The notes under the pieces were generated by a model, which was not told the DNA's origin, searched no databases, and worked only from the letters and a program-made list of their open reading frames with translations. Source: a virus (Duplodnaviria > Caudoviricetes). Taken from it: DNA of 64,000 nucleotides. Where the stretch lies: positions 27,076 through 91,075 of the IMG/VR virus record IMGVR_UViG_3300037067_009374; one strand, written 5' to 3'. How positions within the stretch are numbered: position 1 is the first letter of the stretch; every line of letters starts with the position of its first letter. The translations under genes were made by a program, and so were the position numbers. Below are positions 1 to 10,196 of the stretch, piece after piece.

Positions 1-762
1 TTTCTCCTTAGAAATCTTTTCGATATTCATAACCTGAGAAATATCTTTACAAGGAATATAATGAATCTCACCCTTTCTTGTCTCTGTATCAAAGATAAAA
101 ATACAAGGTTTATGATCCATTTGATCTGATTTTTGTCTCATTAAAGAACCAGTATTAAGTAGCCATGTATTTTTTTCATAATCTTGTGCTACAACTGTTT
201 TATGATTATCTCCAGATACTATAAGATCAAAATCATTATCCCTTAAAAACTTTCTTGCACTATCATAATTCTCTTGACCATACCATATCTTTTCAGAGAT
301 CATCATAGAATGGATAATAAGAATATTAAATGCTTCTGGATCTTCTATTTCAGGAATGGGATCATTCCATCCAGCACCATAAATATGAATTCCTTCTTCT
401 GGTTCGAACATATCACCATAAGTTAATAGTTGGATTGATTTAGCTGCTGAGAATGTCATGATAGGAGTATTTTCAAGATCATTTGAATGATACCTCATAT
501 CATGTTGACCTGCTACATCTATTCCCATTACTCCTTTTTCTTTCCAATTGAGGAAAAGATCAATGTATCTTTGAGTAATAGAATAAGGCAATGTGGCAGA
601 GTTGGTCAAGTCCCCTGCTCTTAAAATATAAGGAATTTGATTGTGATAAGCAAAATTATAAACATAATCACATTTCCTGAATAATTCTGCTTCAAAATCA
701 TCTACTCTATTTTTAGGTGGTGTTGATCTTAAATGCCAATCCGAAGTACATAAGAATTTCAT
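1..762 (-). CDS. Mre11/SbcD-like metallophosphoesterase nuclease (runs off the window end)
   Basis: Not in the ORF track. Hand translation from ATG 762 gives MKFLCTSDWHLRS..., followed by AGDL, AGQHD and SGDNH metallophosphoesterase motifs; adjacent to the Rad50-like gene. Confidence 0.85.
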   Translation of the reverse strand, partial: MKFLCTSDWHLRSTPPKNRVDDFEAELFRKCDYVYNFAYHNQIPYILRAGDLTNSATLPYSITQRYIDLFLNWKEKGVMGIDVAGQHDMRYHSNDLENTPIMTFSAAKSIQLLTYGDMFEPEEGIHIYGAGWNDPIPEIEDPEAFNILIIHSMMISEKIWYGQENYDSARKFLRDNDFDLIVSGDNHKTVVAQDYEKNTWLLNTGSLMRQKSDQMDHKPCIFIFDTETRKGEIHYIPCKDISQVMNIEKISKEK

Positions 763-922
763 TTCTTCTCCACTGTATAAGTTATTCCTCTTTCATCTAT
801 ATTGGCTCCTACCATTTTTTCATTTTCTTTTATCTCCCCAACATTTTTAAAAAGTTGTTCTAATCTTTCCCATGAGATAAATCCTACTACTCCAGTATTA
901 GATCGTCCAATTAATATTTTCA

Positions 923-2056
923 TCAGAAAGGTGCCTTTCCACTTTTAACATCATCAGGTAAATTGCAAGTAATCTCAAAAATGGGGCAGGTATCAACAGA
1001 ACTGAGCAAATTTTGCAGTTGGGATTTTTTATTTTTAATGATATCTTGGTTGTCGTGGATTTTAGTTCTCAGTCTTGATACTTGCTCTGATACATTTTTA
1101 ACTTTATCTTTCAAGGAAACTATCATTCCACGCTTCTCAATAAGCAATTCTATGTCGTTCAGAACTGCTTTTGACTTCAAAAATTCATGTTTCTTTTTGA
1201 TGTTCTCTTTTAGTCTTTGGACATTCTTTAAAAGTGTCCTGATATTTTGAACAGATATGGTTAAAGTATTCTTCTTGTTTAGAAGTTCCTCAACTTCTAT
1301 CAATATTGGTTTACATTTTAACCATTCATTATTATCAGTTATCCTTTCCTTTAAAAGAGTAATTGAAGTAGAAATCTCTTGCACCTTTGAAACTTTAGAT
1401 TCAATGCCAATTCTTCTATTGATTAGTTCGTCAATTCCTAAGAACAGTGGTTCTATAGAATCTAAATAAGAAAGGTTCTTTACTTCTTTTTCAGCATCAG
1501 TGAGGGATTGTTTTGTTTCTCTCAGTTTTGTGGTTATTTCATCAACAAACCTTTTAACATTATCAGATACTTTGTCGATAATAGTTAGGCCACAAAACTC
1601 ATTTAACTTTTTTGCCACTTCTCCTGGTGATGTGTGTTTGCTTAAAAGGAATCTATCATCTTCTTGGCCCTGAATATTTATTTCATCTATCCGAGATATA
1701 TCAAAAATCTCTTCTGGTACATCGGAACGTAAAGCTTCTAACATACCAACATCATTACCATTTGCATATCTGTACCCATTTATTGCATTTTCACCGGTTG
1801 CTTCGTTTCTTTCTCTGCATATAGAACCATTATCAAATATAATTTCCACTGATGATGTATCTTTTTTATTAACTGGATATGTTATAGGTCGAAAACTTAA
1901 ACCACGAAGATTATTGAGGAAACACCACTCGATTCCACTTTGAATCACAGACTTGCCGTTTCCTGTAGAACCTGCTATCACATTCAAGCCAGGATCAAGT
2001 TCTAGTTCAGAATCTTTATGGCTTGCAAAGTTTTTAAGTTTGATTTTTTTTACCAT
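923..2056 (-). CDS. Rad50/SbcC-like ATPase, N-terminal half only
   Basis: IKLKNFASH, Walker A GSTGNGKS, Q-loop, coiled coil and a terminal CPIFEITC; no signature motif or Walker B. Confidence 0.8.
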   Translation of the reverse strand: MVKKIKLKNFASHKDSELELDPGLNVIAGSTGNGKSVIQSGIEWCFLNNLRGLSFRPITYPVNKKDTSSVEIIFDNGSICRERNEATGENAINGYRYANGNDVGMLEALRSDVPEEIFDISRIDEINIQGQEDDRFLLSKHTSPGEVAKKLNEFCGLTIIDKVSDNVKRFVDEITTKLRETKQSLTDAEKEVKNLSYLDSIEPLFLGIDELINRRIGIESKVSKVQEISTSITLLKERITDNNEWLKCKPILIEVEELLNKKNTLTISVQNIRTLLKNVQRLKENIKKKHEFLKSKAVLNDIELLIEKRGMIVSLKDKVKNVSEQVSRLRTKIHDNQDIIKNKKSQLQNLLSSVDTCPIFEITCNLPDDVKSGKAPF

Positions 2057-2194
2057 ATTTTATTGTTCTCCAAAAATAGTAACAAGGTTCTCCACGAAAA
2101 CAAATAGTTAATATCCATCTAAATGGGAAAAGAAAATCTACTGATCTTTGATTTATTCGGATAGGTTTCCACCATTTTATATCATCTACTGTTC

Positions 2195-2749
2195 TCATAC
2201 TTGTCCTTGAATTTTTCGTGAATAAAAAAGAGTGATTAAAATAGCATCACTACGACCATCAAATATTCCTCCTCTTGGTCCTCTCAAAAAAAGTTTTGGA
2301 AAAAGATTTTCTGCTTTTCTACAACTATCCCCTTTAGTATCTCTACCAATCGAAAAGTGCTTCTGCCATTCTTTCGGGGTTGTTTCTTCATAACTTATGC
2401 CAAGAGCATCAAGAGCCATCAAGACTTCACCATATTGTTTACCAGTGTTGAATCCTGATATTGCACTTTGATCGGGCATGGCTTGTTGCTTTTCAATACA
2501 ACATAAACATTGATAAGGTTTAGATTTATCAGAGGATATTATTTCATCAAGAAGTTCCAATAACTTTTTTCTGTCTATAAAAACTTTTGTTTGGATTACT
2601 TTTTTTGGAGTAATAGATCGTTTGGATCTAACTTCTTTCTTGGTTTCAAATGTTGGTAGATCATGAACATCATAAGATCCATCTGAATGAATTACTCCAA
2701 TAGCCCCTTTTTGTCCTGGGTCAATTCCAATTATGATCATTATAGCCAT
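2195..2749 (-). CDS. RuvC-like Holliday junction resolvase
   Basis: IIGIDPG...IEKQ...P.EWQK...DGRSDA motifs. Confidence 0.85.
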   Translation of the reverse strand: MAIMIIIGIDPGQKGAIGVIHSDGSYDVHDLPTFETKKEVRSKRSITPKKVIQTKVFIDRKKLLELLDEIISSDKSKPYQCLCCIEKQQAMPDQSAISGFNTGKQYGEVLMALDALGISYEETTPKEWQKHFSIGRDTKGDSCRKAENLFPKLFLRGPRGGIFDGRSDAILITLFYSRKIQGQV

Positions 2750-2909
2750 CCTGTAGTTAATTTAAACACCCAATAAAGTAAATAAATAACTGTGAATGTT
2801 GGTAAGTAAAATAATGCTGAAAAATCGTAAGGTTTATCACTTTGTTTAAGTGACCAATAAAGACTAAATATATATAGTATAGTTACTATGCCCCAAATTG
2901 GAACTGTCA

Positions 2910-3809
2910 TTATCTCATCCCCAATAAGTTTCGCCATTCAATAAGTCTTTCGGCTTTAAGAAAAGAATAAAAGCCATACTTTTCACACATATTTTCAAAG
3001 TTTTTCAGATAGAATACTTCATCATTATCAATAGTTGGAACTATTGTACCTTCAAAAGGAAGTATTACAAGCTTCTTATTACGTTCGATTATTTGCTTGC
3101 CCCATTCAGATAAGATCGCAACATATGTTTCTCTGCTTCTTGGTAGCTTACCAAGAACATATTTTATTGCTGTCTTTACCCCTACATTTTCAATACCTTT
3201 TACATAATCAGTATTACAACCAGATATTGCTAAGACTTCACCCCATTTATCAGGTTGTATTCCAAATTTATCATAGAAATCTTTATCTGTAGTTTTCTCC
3301 TTTGTTTTATGATCGTAAAGGAAAACATCAGGTGATAATAGTTGAAAAAGGTCATGATCATTTCCCATTATTGCGATCTTTTCCTTTTTAGCATAAAGAT
3401 CACTATGCATTGTTAATGCAGCTAAAATATCATCAGATTCATACCCATCCTGACAAAAGATATTTTTAAATCCCATTGAAGGTAAAACATCATCTTTGAT
3501 TGTAGCAAATTGACCATAACAAATGTTGTTATAAATCAAGTCTTCCTCAGTAAGTTTGTTTTTGTCTTTTCTGTTCGCTTTGTATTCTGGATACATCATG
3601 TATCTTTTTGAAGTTCTTGAATCCCAACAAAAAATAAGCTTCCTTGATTTAAATTTCTTTATGAAACTTCCAATCTGTTGGAGAAAAACATATATTACTC
3701 CCGTGTTTATGTTTTCATGTTTAAGTCCCATACCTTTCATTGAATGTTTAGCAGTATTGGCAATGTAGTTGCAATCTACTATTATTGTGAGCTTATAATT
3801 TCCCACCAT
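2910..3809 (-). CDS. 5'-3' exonuclease / flap endonuclease (RNase H-like)
   Basis: YPEYKANR, GYESDD, DHDLFQL and the H3TH motif D.VKGIENVGVKTA. Confidence 0.9.
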   Translation of the reverse strand: MVGNYKLTIIVDCNYIANTAKHSMKGMGLKHENINTGVIYVFLQQIGSFIKKFKSRKLIFCWDSRTSKRYMMYPEYKANRKDKNKLTEEDLIYNNICYGQFATIKDDVLPSMGFKNIFCQDGYESDDILAALTMHSDLYAKKEKIAIMGNDHDLFQLLSPDVFLYDHKTKEKTTDKDFYDKFGIQPDKWGEVLAISGCNTDYVKGIENVGVKTAIKYVLGKLPRSRETYVAILSEWGKQIIERNKKLVILPFEGTIVPTIDNDEVFYLKNFENMCEKYGFYSFLKAERLIEWRNLLGMR

Positions 3810-4687
3810 ACTTTCCTTTCCACTGTTCTATTGGTTCAGCATCAATAGAAATTTTATCAATTCTATGATCATTTGAATGAAAAACAAATACATGAGCTAC
3901 AACCATTTTATATTTATCTTGAAATCCATTCAATATTTCTTGTATATGGTTTTCAAATATTTCTTTATCCATACTTATTCTCCTAATTTATTCCAAATAA
4001 TACAAGCAAAATGAGCTAATTTTAACATATCTTCTTTTGCTTGTTCCGGACCTCTTTGTGTTGTTCCTATTCTATTTACATAAGCTTTCATATGGGCTTT
4101 AAGATCAGGTATTGACCAATTATTTAAATCATTATCTGGATCAGAAGTTGGATATTGTTTATCACAATATTCTGTAAGGTGTCTTATAACTTTTGGTTCA
4201 AATTTCTTCCATTTTTCATACCTATCCCAAGGTTTCATTTACTACCCCTCATTCCATTAAAGATCCATAGCTTTTAGATGGTTCAGTTTTTTCGACTATT
4301 CCATAATATTCTCTCATTGCTTGTGCTGTTTCATCTTGAGATTCAAATCCATAAACTAATTGTCCATCTTTTGAAAAACACCAACCTCTTGGACTAAAAT
4401 AATATACTAGATCAACAGTTTTAGATTTATCTACCATTTTTTCCTTCCCATTTAATCATAATAGGACATGAATGTTCATGATAGGGAACAAGACAAACTG
4501 CCCACATTCCAACATATCGTGGTATTCCTTTAAAATGTTCACGTAAAGAATTTTCAAAAGCATCATAAATAAGTGTATTTCTATACCCAATCCATTTCAC
4601 TGCTTCAGTAGCATACCATTTACCTGATTCTTTAAAAAAGTCAACTCGTACCATTGATTCATCAATTGAATATCCCATATTAAACTC

Positions 4688-5785
4688 CTACCATTTAGAT
4701 ACCCTCTTTATTCTAGCTTCTTCCATCATAGTATCCCATCTTGCTTGAATCATATCAAGTAAAACAACATATTGATCAGGGTTTTGCTCGAAGAAAGGGA
4801 CAATACATTTTTCACCTTGACCCATATTTTCTGTTCCCCATTTGTACCAACTCCCATTCGGAACAATTATTCCTGTTTCAAGAGCAAAGTCCACAGCACT
4901 ACCAATATAATCTATACCGTAACCTGCTATTATATTAAATCGAGTAGTTTTTGATGGAAGTGCAGCATGATTCTTTTCTACATCTATTTCTATTTCAAAC
5001 CCTTGGATCATACCATTATCATGTTTCATTTCACCTTTTTGGTATAACCAATAGATTATTTCACAAGAATGATCAAGAGCATTACCCCCTGATCTTACAT
5101 ACTTTCTTTCCCAAGGTTTCCTGCCTACGTTATCTCTTATTTGAGATACAATATGGAATATACAATTAGAATCTTTGATCAGCTTTGTATTCTCAGCATG
5201 AAAGAAATTTGATAATACAGAAGGTATTCCTACTTTATAATCCTGTTGTTCAATACCTTTCTTTGCATTCTTTTTGATTTCTCTAGCATTATCAAGGCGA
5301 TCAAGAGCATCAAGGATAAGCAAAATGGTATCATATTTTCCTTTCTTCTCAGAGAGTAGATTAATTGACCAATTACAAAACTGTTCAATTGTGTTTGAAT
5401 GTTCCCATATTATATCGTTTATTGGTAAATGATTTTCTGCTGCAAGTTGATAATTGAATTTATTTTCAGGTTCGTTTACAGCTATAAGAACTTTCTTACC
5501 TTGTTTCTTACCTTCTCCATAAAATATATTATTTGCAAGCTCACACCACATCAATGTTTTACCAGTAGTTTGTCCTCCCACCCCATTTATGATTTTACCT
5601 TTCGGAAATCCATTATGAACATTTCCAGATAGAGCAAGGTTAAGAGTAGGACACCCTGATGTTACCCATTGTATTTGTTCTGGTACTATGATTTGATGTT
5701 GGGATTTGTCTTGGACATGTTCTACCACTGTTTGAGCATCATCAGATGGGGGTTTTCTTCTAACCATCACCATTGGTTCTGTCAT
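4688..5785 (-). CDS. RecA/UvsX-like recombinase
   Basis: SGCPTLNLAL, GFPKGKI, Walker A GGQTTGKT, SQIRDNVG, SGGNAL, VEKN, GSWY. Confidence 0.9.
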   Translation of the reverse strand: MTEPMVMVRRKPPSDDAQTVVEHVQDKSQHQIIVPEQIQWVTSGCPTLNLALSGNVHNGFPKGKIINGVGGQTTGKTLMWCELANNIFYGEGKKQGKKVLIAVNEPENKFNYQLAAENHLPINDIIWEHSNTIEQFCNWSINLLSEKKGKYDTILLILDALDRLDNAREIKKNAKKGIEQQDYKVGIPSVLSNFFHAENTKLIKDSNCIFHIVSQIRDNVGRKPWERKYVRSGGNALDHSCEIIYWLYQKGEMKHDNGMIQGFEIEIDVEKNHAALPSKTTRFNIIAGYGIDYIGSAVDFALETGIIVPNGSWYKWGTENMGQGEKCIVPFFEQNPDQYVVLLDMIQARWDTMMEEARIKRVSKW

Positions 5786-5800
5786 TTTATCACCTCATAT

Positions 5801-6736
5801 TTAATCCATCCAAATTCCGTTGTATTGTGCTCTCAAAAAAGGAAGTCTATTTGCTTTATCACATTCAAGACAATACCAATATTTATAAAGAGGGTCAATT
5901 TCATACCAACCAAAACGCAGCATTTTTGCACCACAACATCCACAAGTGGGATTATTGGATTGTATCTCTTGTAAAAATTTTGATACATATCCTGTTTTGC
6001 GTCTTCGCAATTCAGCTAATTCCCATACATAACTATAGATGTGCAAACCTTTTGAAACACCAATTGTTTCACCAGGATCAACACCTATTTGTTCTGCCAT
6101 ATGTTCTTTCAAGCATTGTATCCCACCAAAATTTGCTGGTAATCCCCCCCATAAATCCCATGATCTAAAATAAGTCGTGAAATGCAATTTTCCATCTTGA
6201 ATACGAGTATCAATCAATTGAAGACAAGGAGGATCTTTTAAAAGCATATCCCCTGGTTGTGCAATACTCATACACAATTGATTATTTCGAATCTTGCCTG
6301 TTTTGTATTTGTCGATCACATATTGTACCTGATCAAAATTACATCTTTTTATATAATGTTCATATTTATCAGGATCAACTGGATTTGCTCTATTTAATCT
6401 TTGGCCGTATGTATAGTCTTCCTCTGATTTCTTTTCAGATGACATTAAATATAATACATAGGGATCACCTTCAAATCCTTCACCACCTTCAATATAACCT
6501 GGTGCAACGGGATTGGGAATCCCTGCATTTTTCATATCATCTGGAAGTTCTGGTTCAAATGGTCTTATTTCTGGATGGAGTATTTGAATAATCACAAAAT
6601 CAAATTCTAATCTGTAATCTCCTGAATAAGAACCTTCATCAATTTTAAACACCTTTCCATTATCCATGATAGACATTATCAATTGATGCCAAGCATCTGG
6701 AATTGTTGTTGCTTTAATTGAAACTATATTCAACAT
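5801..6736 (-). CDS. thyA: Thymidylate synthase (ThyA fold) with C-terminal Cys-rich extension
   Basis: YTYGQR, DPPCLQ (catalytic Cys), FRSWD...LPAN, GLHIY. Confidence 0.85.
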   Translation of the reverse strand: MLNIVSIKATTIPDAWHQLIMSIMDNGKVFKIDEGSYSGDYRLEFDFVIIQILHPEIRPFEPELPDDMKNAGIPNPVAPGYIEGGEGFEGDPYVLYLMSSEKKSEEDYTYGQRLNRANPVDPDKYEHYIKRCNFDQVQYVIDKYKTGKIRNNQLCMSIAQPGDMLLKDPPCLQLIDTRIQDGKLHFTTYFRSWDLWGGLPANFGGIQCLKEHMAEQIGVDPGETIGVSKGLHIYSYVWELAELRRRKTGYVSKFLQEIQSNNPTCGCCGAKMLRFGWYEIDPLYKYWYCLECDKANRLPFLRAQYNGIWMD

Positions 6737-6760
6737 TTAAAGCTCCTTAAAAAGAAAACT

Positions 6761-6895
6761 GTGATGGGGTGGGACTTGAACCCACAAATTTTAATGAATA
6801 ATTGACTGGAGGGCGAAACCCACAATGGGTATCTATATTCATTAAAACATAGTATGGGATAGGGATACTATACATTACCATTATGCTACCCATCA
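6761..6895 (-). ncRNA. tRNA-like RNA with non-canonical anticodon loop and ~60-nt extra arm
   Basis: Acceptor stem TGATGGG/CCCATCA, U8-A9, D arm GCAT-AATGGTA-ATGT, T arm GTGGG-TTCAAGT-CCCAC; 12-bp extra stem TTTTAATGAATA/TATTCATTAAAA. Confidence 0.75.
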
Positions 6896-6993
6896 CAGTT
6901 TAATATAGCAGGAAAAGTAACTAATGCCCCTCATGAAGTGATTACTGTAAGCCGTCAACTCTCACTTACACTAGCACTTTTCCTACTAACTGT

Positions 6994-8106
6994 TTAACCT
7001 CTTCGTCTTCTTGCAATAGGTGCAGAAGCAGTTTGTGTTGGTGTAGTTTCTACAGGTTTTGCTTCTTGTGTTGATGTTTCAACAGGTTGTGTTACAACTT
7101 CAGCAGGTTTGCTGCCTTGCAATTCTTGCTGCCTTGCTGCACAAGCATCCCAAACAGAACATTTACCACAGAAACTTATCTTCTGACAATCTGCACCAAA
7201 TATACCCCCAAAAGGACATGTGGGAATTGAAGCTTGTTTCTGTTCTTGTTCTGTAAATGCTTGACCAGGTTCAGGTCTATTTTCTTGTGAAGATATCTGT
7301 GCAGTAGGTTGTTGAGTAGTAGGAACACTATAAGTAGCAGTACTACCAGCATCTCTTGGAGTTTGTTTCCAATCTTCATAAACTTCATCAAAGGTTGGAA
7401 TGTGAATGATCATTTCAAGAGATATAGCTTTCGCCATTATTTCTGCAGGAAGTGGCATTCTACGATCAACAAATTCATGGTTAATGTACTCTGTATCTGT
7501 AACACCTTTACCACTTCTTTCAAAGTAGATTCTTTTCCCATGTTGTGCATCAGGGGACATCCAAATACGCGACCCACCTTCAATAGGTATTTGAGCACGG
7601 CGTTGGATAGTCTTCTCAAAAATATGGTAAGAACAATCCCACAACTGAACACCTTTCGCTTCTTGTTCGGCTGGCATATGAGACCAAATATTATAAAGAT
7701 TTCTTCTCTTTGGTTTATTTGTATCAAGAAGTGTCTTACTAGGATTCTGTTTGAGCTTTTCGGCATCAAGATCATCACAAATAGGACATTTTTGTCCTAA
7801 TGTTCTTGCAAGACAAAGCCTTCTTTTTTCAAGAGGGCCAATTTTTTCGTGTTGGTAAAATTCAATCGTATAATGCCATTTACCTTGTTCTTTATTGAAA
7901 TGGAGATTTGTTGCTACAATAAATGGTATAACATCAATAAGATATTTACCTGCAGGAGTCTTGAAAAAATCTGGAGTTCCTTGAGGAAGGGGGTCAATAA
8001 ACAACCCCTGCCATTTAAGATTTGAACCTTTTTCAAGTCTATCAAATCCTTCGTTTTGTGCCTCGATTAATTGTTTAAGGATTTCGTCTTGCGATGCATC
8101 GTACAT
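6994..8106 (-). CDS. Single-stranded DNA-binding protein (gp32-like)
   Basis: H...CLAR...CPICD zinc motif, GVQLWD, low-complexity tail; replication-module context. Confidence 0.7.
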   Translation of the reverse strand: MYDASQDEILKQLIEAQNEGFDRLEKGSNLKWQGLFIDPLPQGTPDFFKTPAGKYLIDVIPFIVATNLHFNKEQGKWHYTIEFYQHEKIGPLEKRRLCLARTLGQKCPICDDLDAEKLKQNPSKTLLDTNKPKRRNLYNIWSHMPAEQEAKGVQLWDCSYHIFEKTIQRRAQIPIEGGSRIWMSPDAQHGKRIYFERSGKGVTDTEYINHEFVDRRMPLPAEIMAKAISLEMIIHIPTFDEVYEDWKQTPRDAGSTATYSVPTTQQPTAQISSQENRPEPGQAFTEQEQKQASIPTCPFGGIFGADCQKISFCGKCSVWDACAARQQELQGSKPAEVVTQPVETSTQEAKPVETTPTQTASAPIARRRRG

Positions 8107-8226
8107 TCTTCACCCCTCTCGAAAGATTTTTTCTCTTCAAAGTAAGCTCTGCAAATTGACCTTGTACAAAGCTTGATAATAATCGTAGGTATTGTACAAA
8201 TACCAACACCAATACAAAACAAGATT

Positions 8227-8721
8227 TTATGCATTGCGTTTTTGATATTGCTCCATATGAGCATCTAATTCATCCTCTTGATTTGGGATACCATCTCTGA
8301 TTTCTCTTGATATCCTTTGTGCATCACCATATTTATAAACCCAGAGTGATGTAAGACCTTGACATGCTGCTCGTCTTTGGAACTTCATTGCATCTTTTGC
8401 TTCAGCAAGTATCTTGGATGTTCTTATTGCATCTGCCCACACTTCAGAAGCTATCTTATATTTTTCATTCATTCTGATAGCCATTTTAACCATTGCTTCA
8501 GTAAGTTTTTCAGGAAGGCTAAAATCTTCTGGACTACTTCTTATCTCTGCTTCTATTTGTGATTCTATAATTTTATAGTTTTGTTCTGCCATTTTTAATT
8601 CATAATCAGCTTGCGCTGATTTCTCTGCCCATTTCATAGCAAGAGGACCATTACGATTCCATTCTTTGTCTAAGTTACATGGATCTACAAATAAATCTTC
8701 TTGATATTCATTTTCTGCCAT
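8227..8721 (-). CDS. Putative UvsY-like recombination mediator
   Basis: Helical protein with a KLTEAMVK motif, located between SSB and clamp loader. Confidence 0.5.
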   Translation of the reverse strand: MAENEYQEDLFVDPCNLDKEWNRNGPLAMKWAEKSAQADYELKMAEQNYKIIESQIEAEIRSSPEDFSLPEKLTEAMVKMAIRMNEKYKIASEVWADAIRTSKILAEAKDAMKFQRRAACQGLTSLWVYKYGDAQRISREIRDGIPNQEDELDAHMEQYQKRNA

Positions 8722-8781
8722 TTATATTCTCTCCTTTCATTATATATGATAGCATATTATAATGAAATTTTTGTAGAAAAC

Positions 8782-9807
8782 TTACACCTGACAAGCAGTG
8801 TAACAACTCATAATAAGTCCAGCATAACCAGAATCATAGTAATTGTTCCAGAACATTTTAGTCATCATTGCAACACGAATATGATCTGGTGTATTTGTAA
8901 GTACCTTTGTAAGATAAGTCATTACTCCGCGTCTAACTTTTTCTGGATCAGATTGACCTTTTGAATCTTTTACTTGAGCAAGAACCTTTACCATTGATTG
9001 CCATTTATCTTCCTTTGTTTTGTTGCTCAATAAAACATCACAAATATCTTTTACTGAAGCTTCACCAAGAAATGTTTGATCAATGGTTTCAATTGCTTGT
9101 TTTTCATCTTGTATATCTATTACTTTATCAAGGAGTTTTATTGCGTTTCTTGGTGATCCTTCACAATTAGCTACTATCTTTTGAATGATAGCAATGGGGA
9201 AGTTTTTCAAAACAAAATCTATGTCAGGGATAAAATTTTTATCGTCACTCCATTCAAGTTCTTCAGCAAGAATAGTGGCAATAACTTCAGATATTTCATC
9301 CCCTGATAATGTTCCCATACTAAATGTTGTACATCTTGATCGTACAGTTTCTGGAAGTTTCTCTGGATCAGTTGTACAAAGAATAAACCAAACATGAGAA
9401 GGGGGTTCTTCCATCGGTTTCAATAAACACTCGAAGAAATCCTTGGTTGCCCGGTGAATTTCATCGAGCATATAAACAATAGCAGAACCTACTTGAGGTG
9501 CATACATGTATTCATCTTTAATAGCTCTTGCGTTGTCAATACCTCTTGCATCTCCAATATTGTATTCTCTGAAGTCAGGGTTGTAGTCTACTTCGTCATT
9601 GAAAGCTCCAAGATGTTTTGCTATGATTCTGGCAATTGTCGTCTTCCCGGTTCCTTTTGGTCCCATAAGTAAGATACATTTTGGTATCTTATCTTTTGGT
9701 CTTTCCATTATGAGCTTTAGGGCATCTACTGTATGTTTATTTCCAACAACTTCATTAAAATTTCTTGGTCTATATGCTACTGCTAAGTCAGCCATATTAT
9801 CCCCCAA
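8782..9807 (-). CDS. DnaX-like AAA+ clamp loader
   Basis: YRPRNFNEVVGN, GPKGTGKTT, LDEIH, LLKPMEEPP, TVRSRC, GSPRNA. Confidence 0.92.
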   Translation of the reverse strand: MGDNMADLAVAYRPRNFNEVVGNKHTVDALKLIMERPKDKIPKCILLMGPKGTGKTTIARIIAKHLGAFNDEVDYNPDFREYNIGDARGIDNARAIKDEYMYAPQVGSAIVYMLDEIHRATKDFFECLLKPMEEPPSHVWFILCTTDPEKLPETVRSRCTTFSMGTLSGDEISEVIATILAEELEWSDDKNFIPDIDFVLKNFPIAIIQKIVANCEGSPRNAIKLLDKVIDIQDEKQAIETIDQTFLGEASVKDICDVLLSNKTKEDKWQSMVKVLAQVKDSKGQSDPEKVRRGVMTYLTKVLTNTPDHIRVAMMTKMFWNNYYDSGYAGLIMSCYTACQV

Positions 9808-10196
9808 TAATAGATTTTAATACACTGTAGAATATATCTCCTTGATCTACAAATATTTTTGTATAATCATCAGGAATAAATTGATCATCTGCATCTAATT
9901 TATCCTGTCTAAAAAGTTGGTATTCTTTTCCTAATTTAAAACTATTAAGTTCTTTCCCTGTAGTTTGATGTGGAGTGAAACGTATTTTTTTGTCTACAAT
10001 TATTCGGGATGCATTAGTAAAAGAATTTTGTTTATATTTACTACAAAATGGTTTATTATCTTTCATTGGAATTATACTTATTTCTTTAAATTGACAATTT
10101 TCACCTTCATTGAATTTACAATCAATAACTTTGCATTCATTTATAAATGTTCCCATTCCAATTGATCTTACTTTTCCTAAAATTGATTCTTCCATT

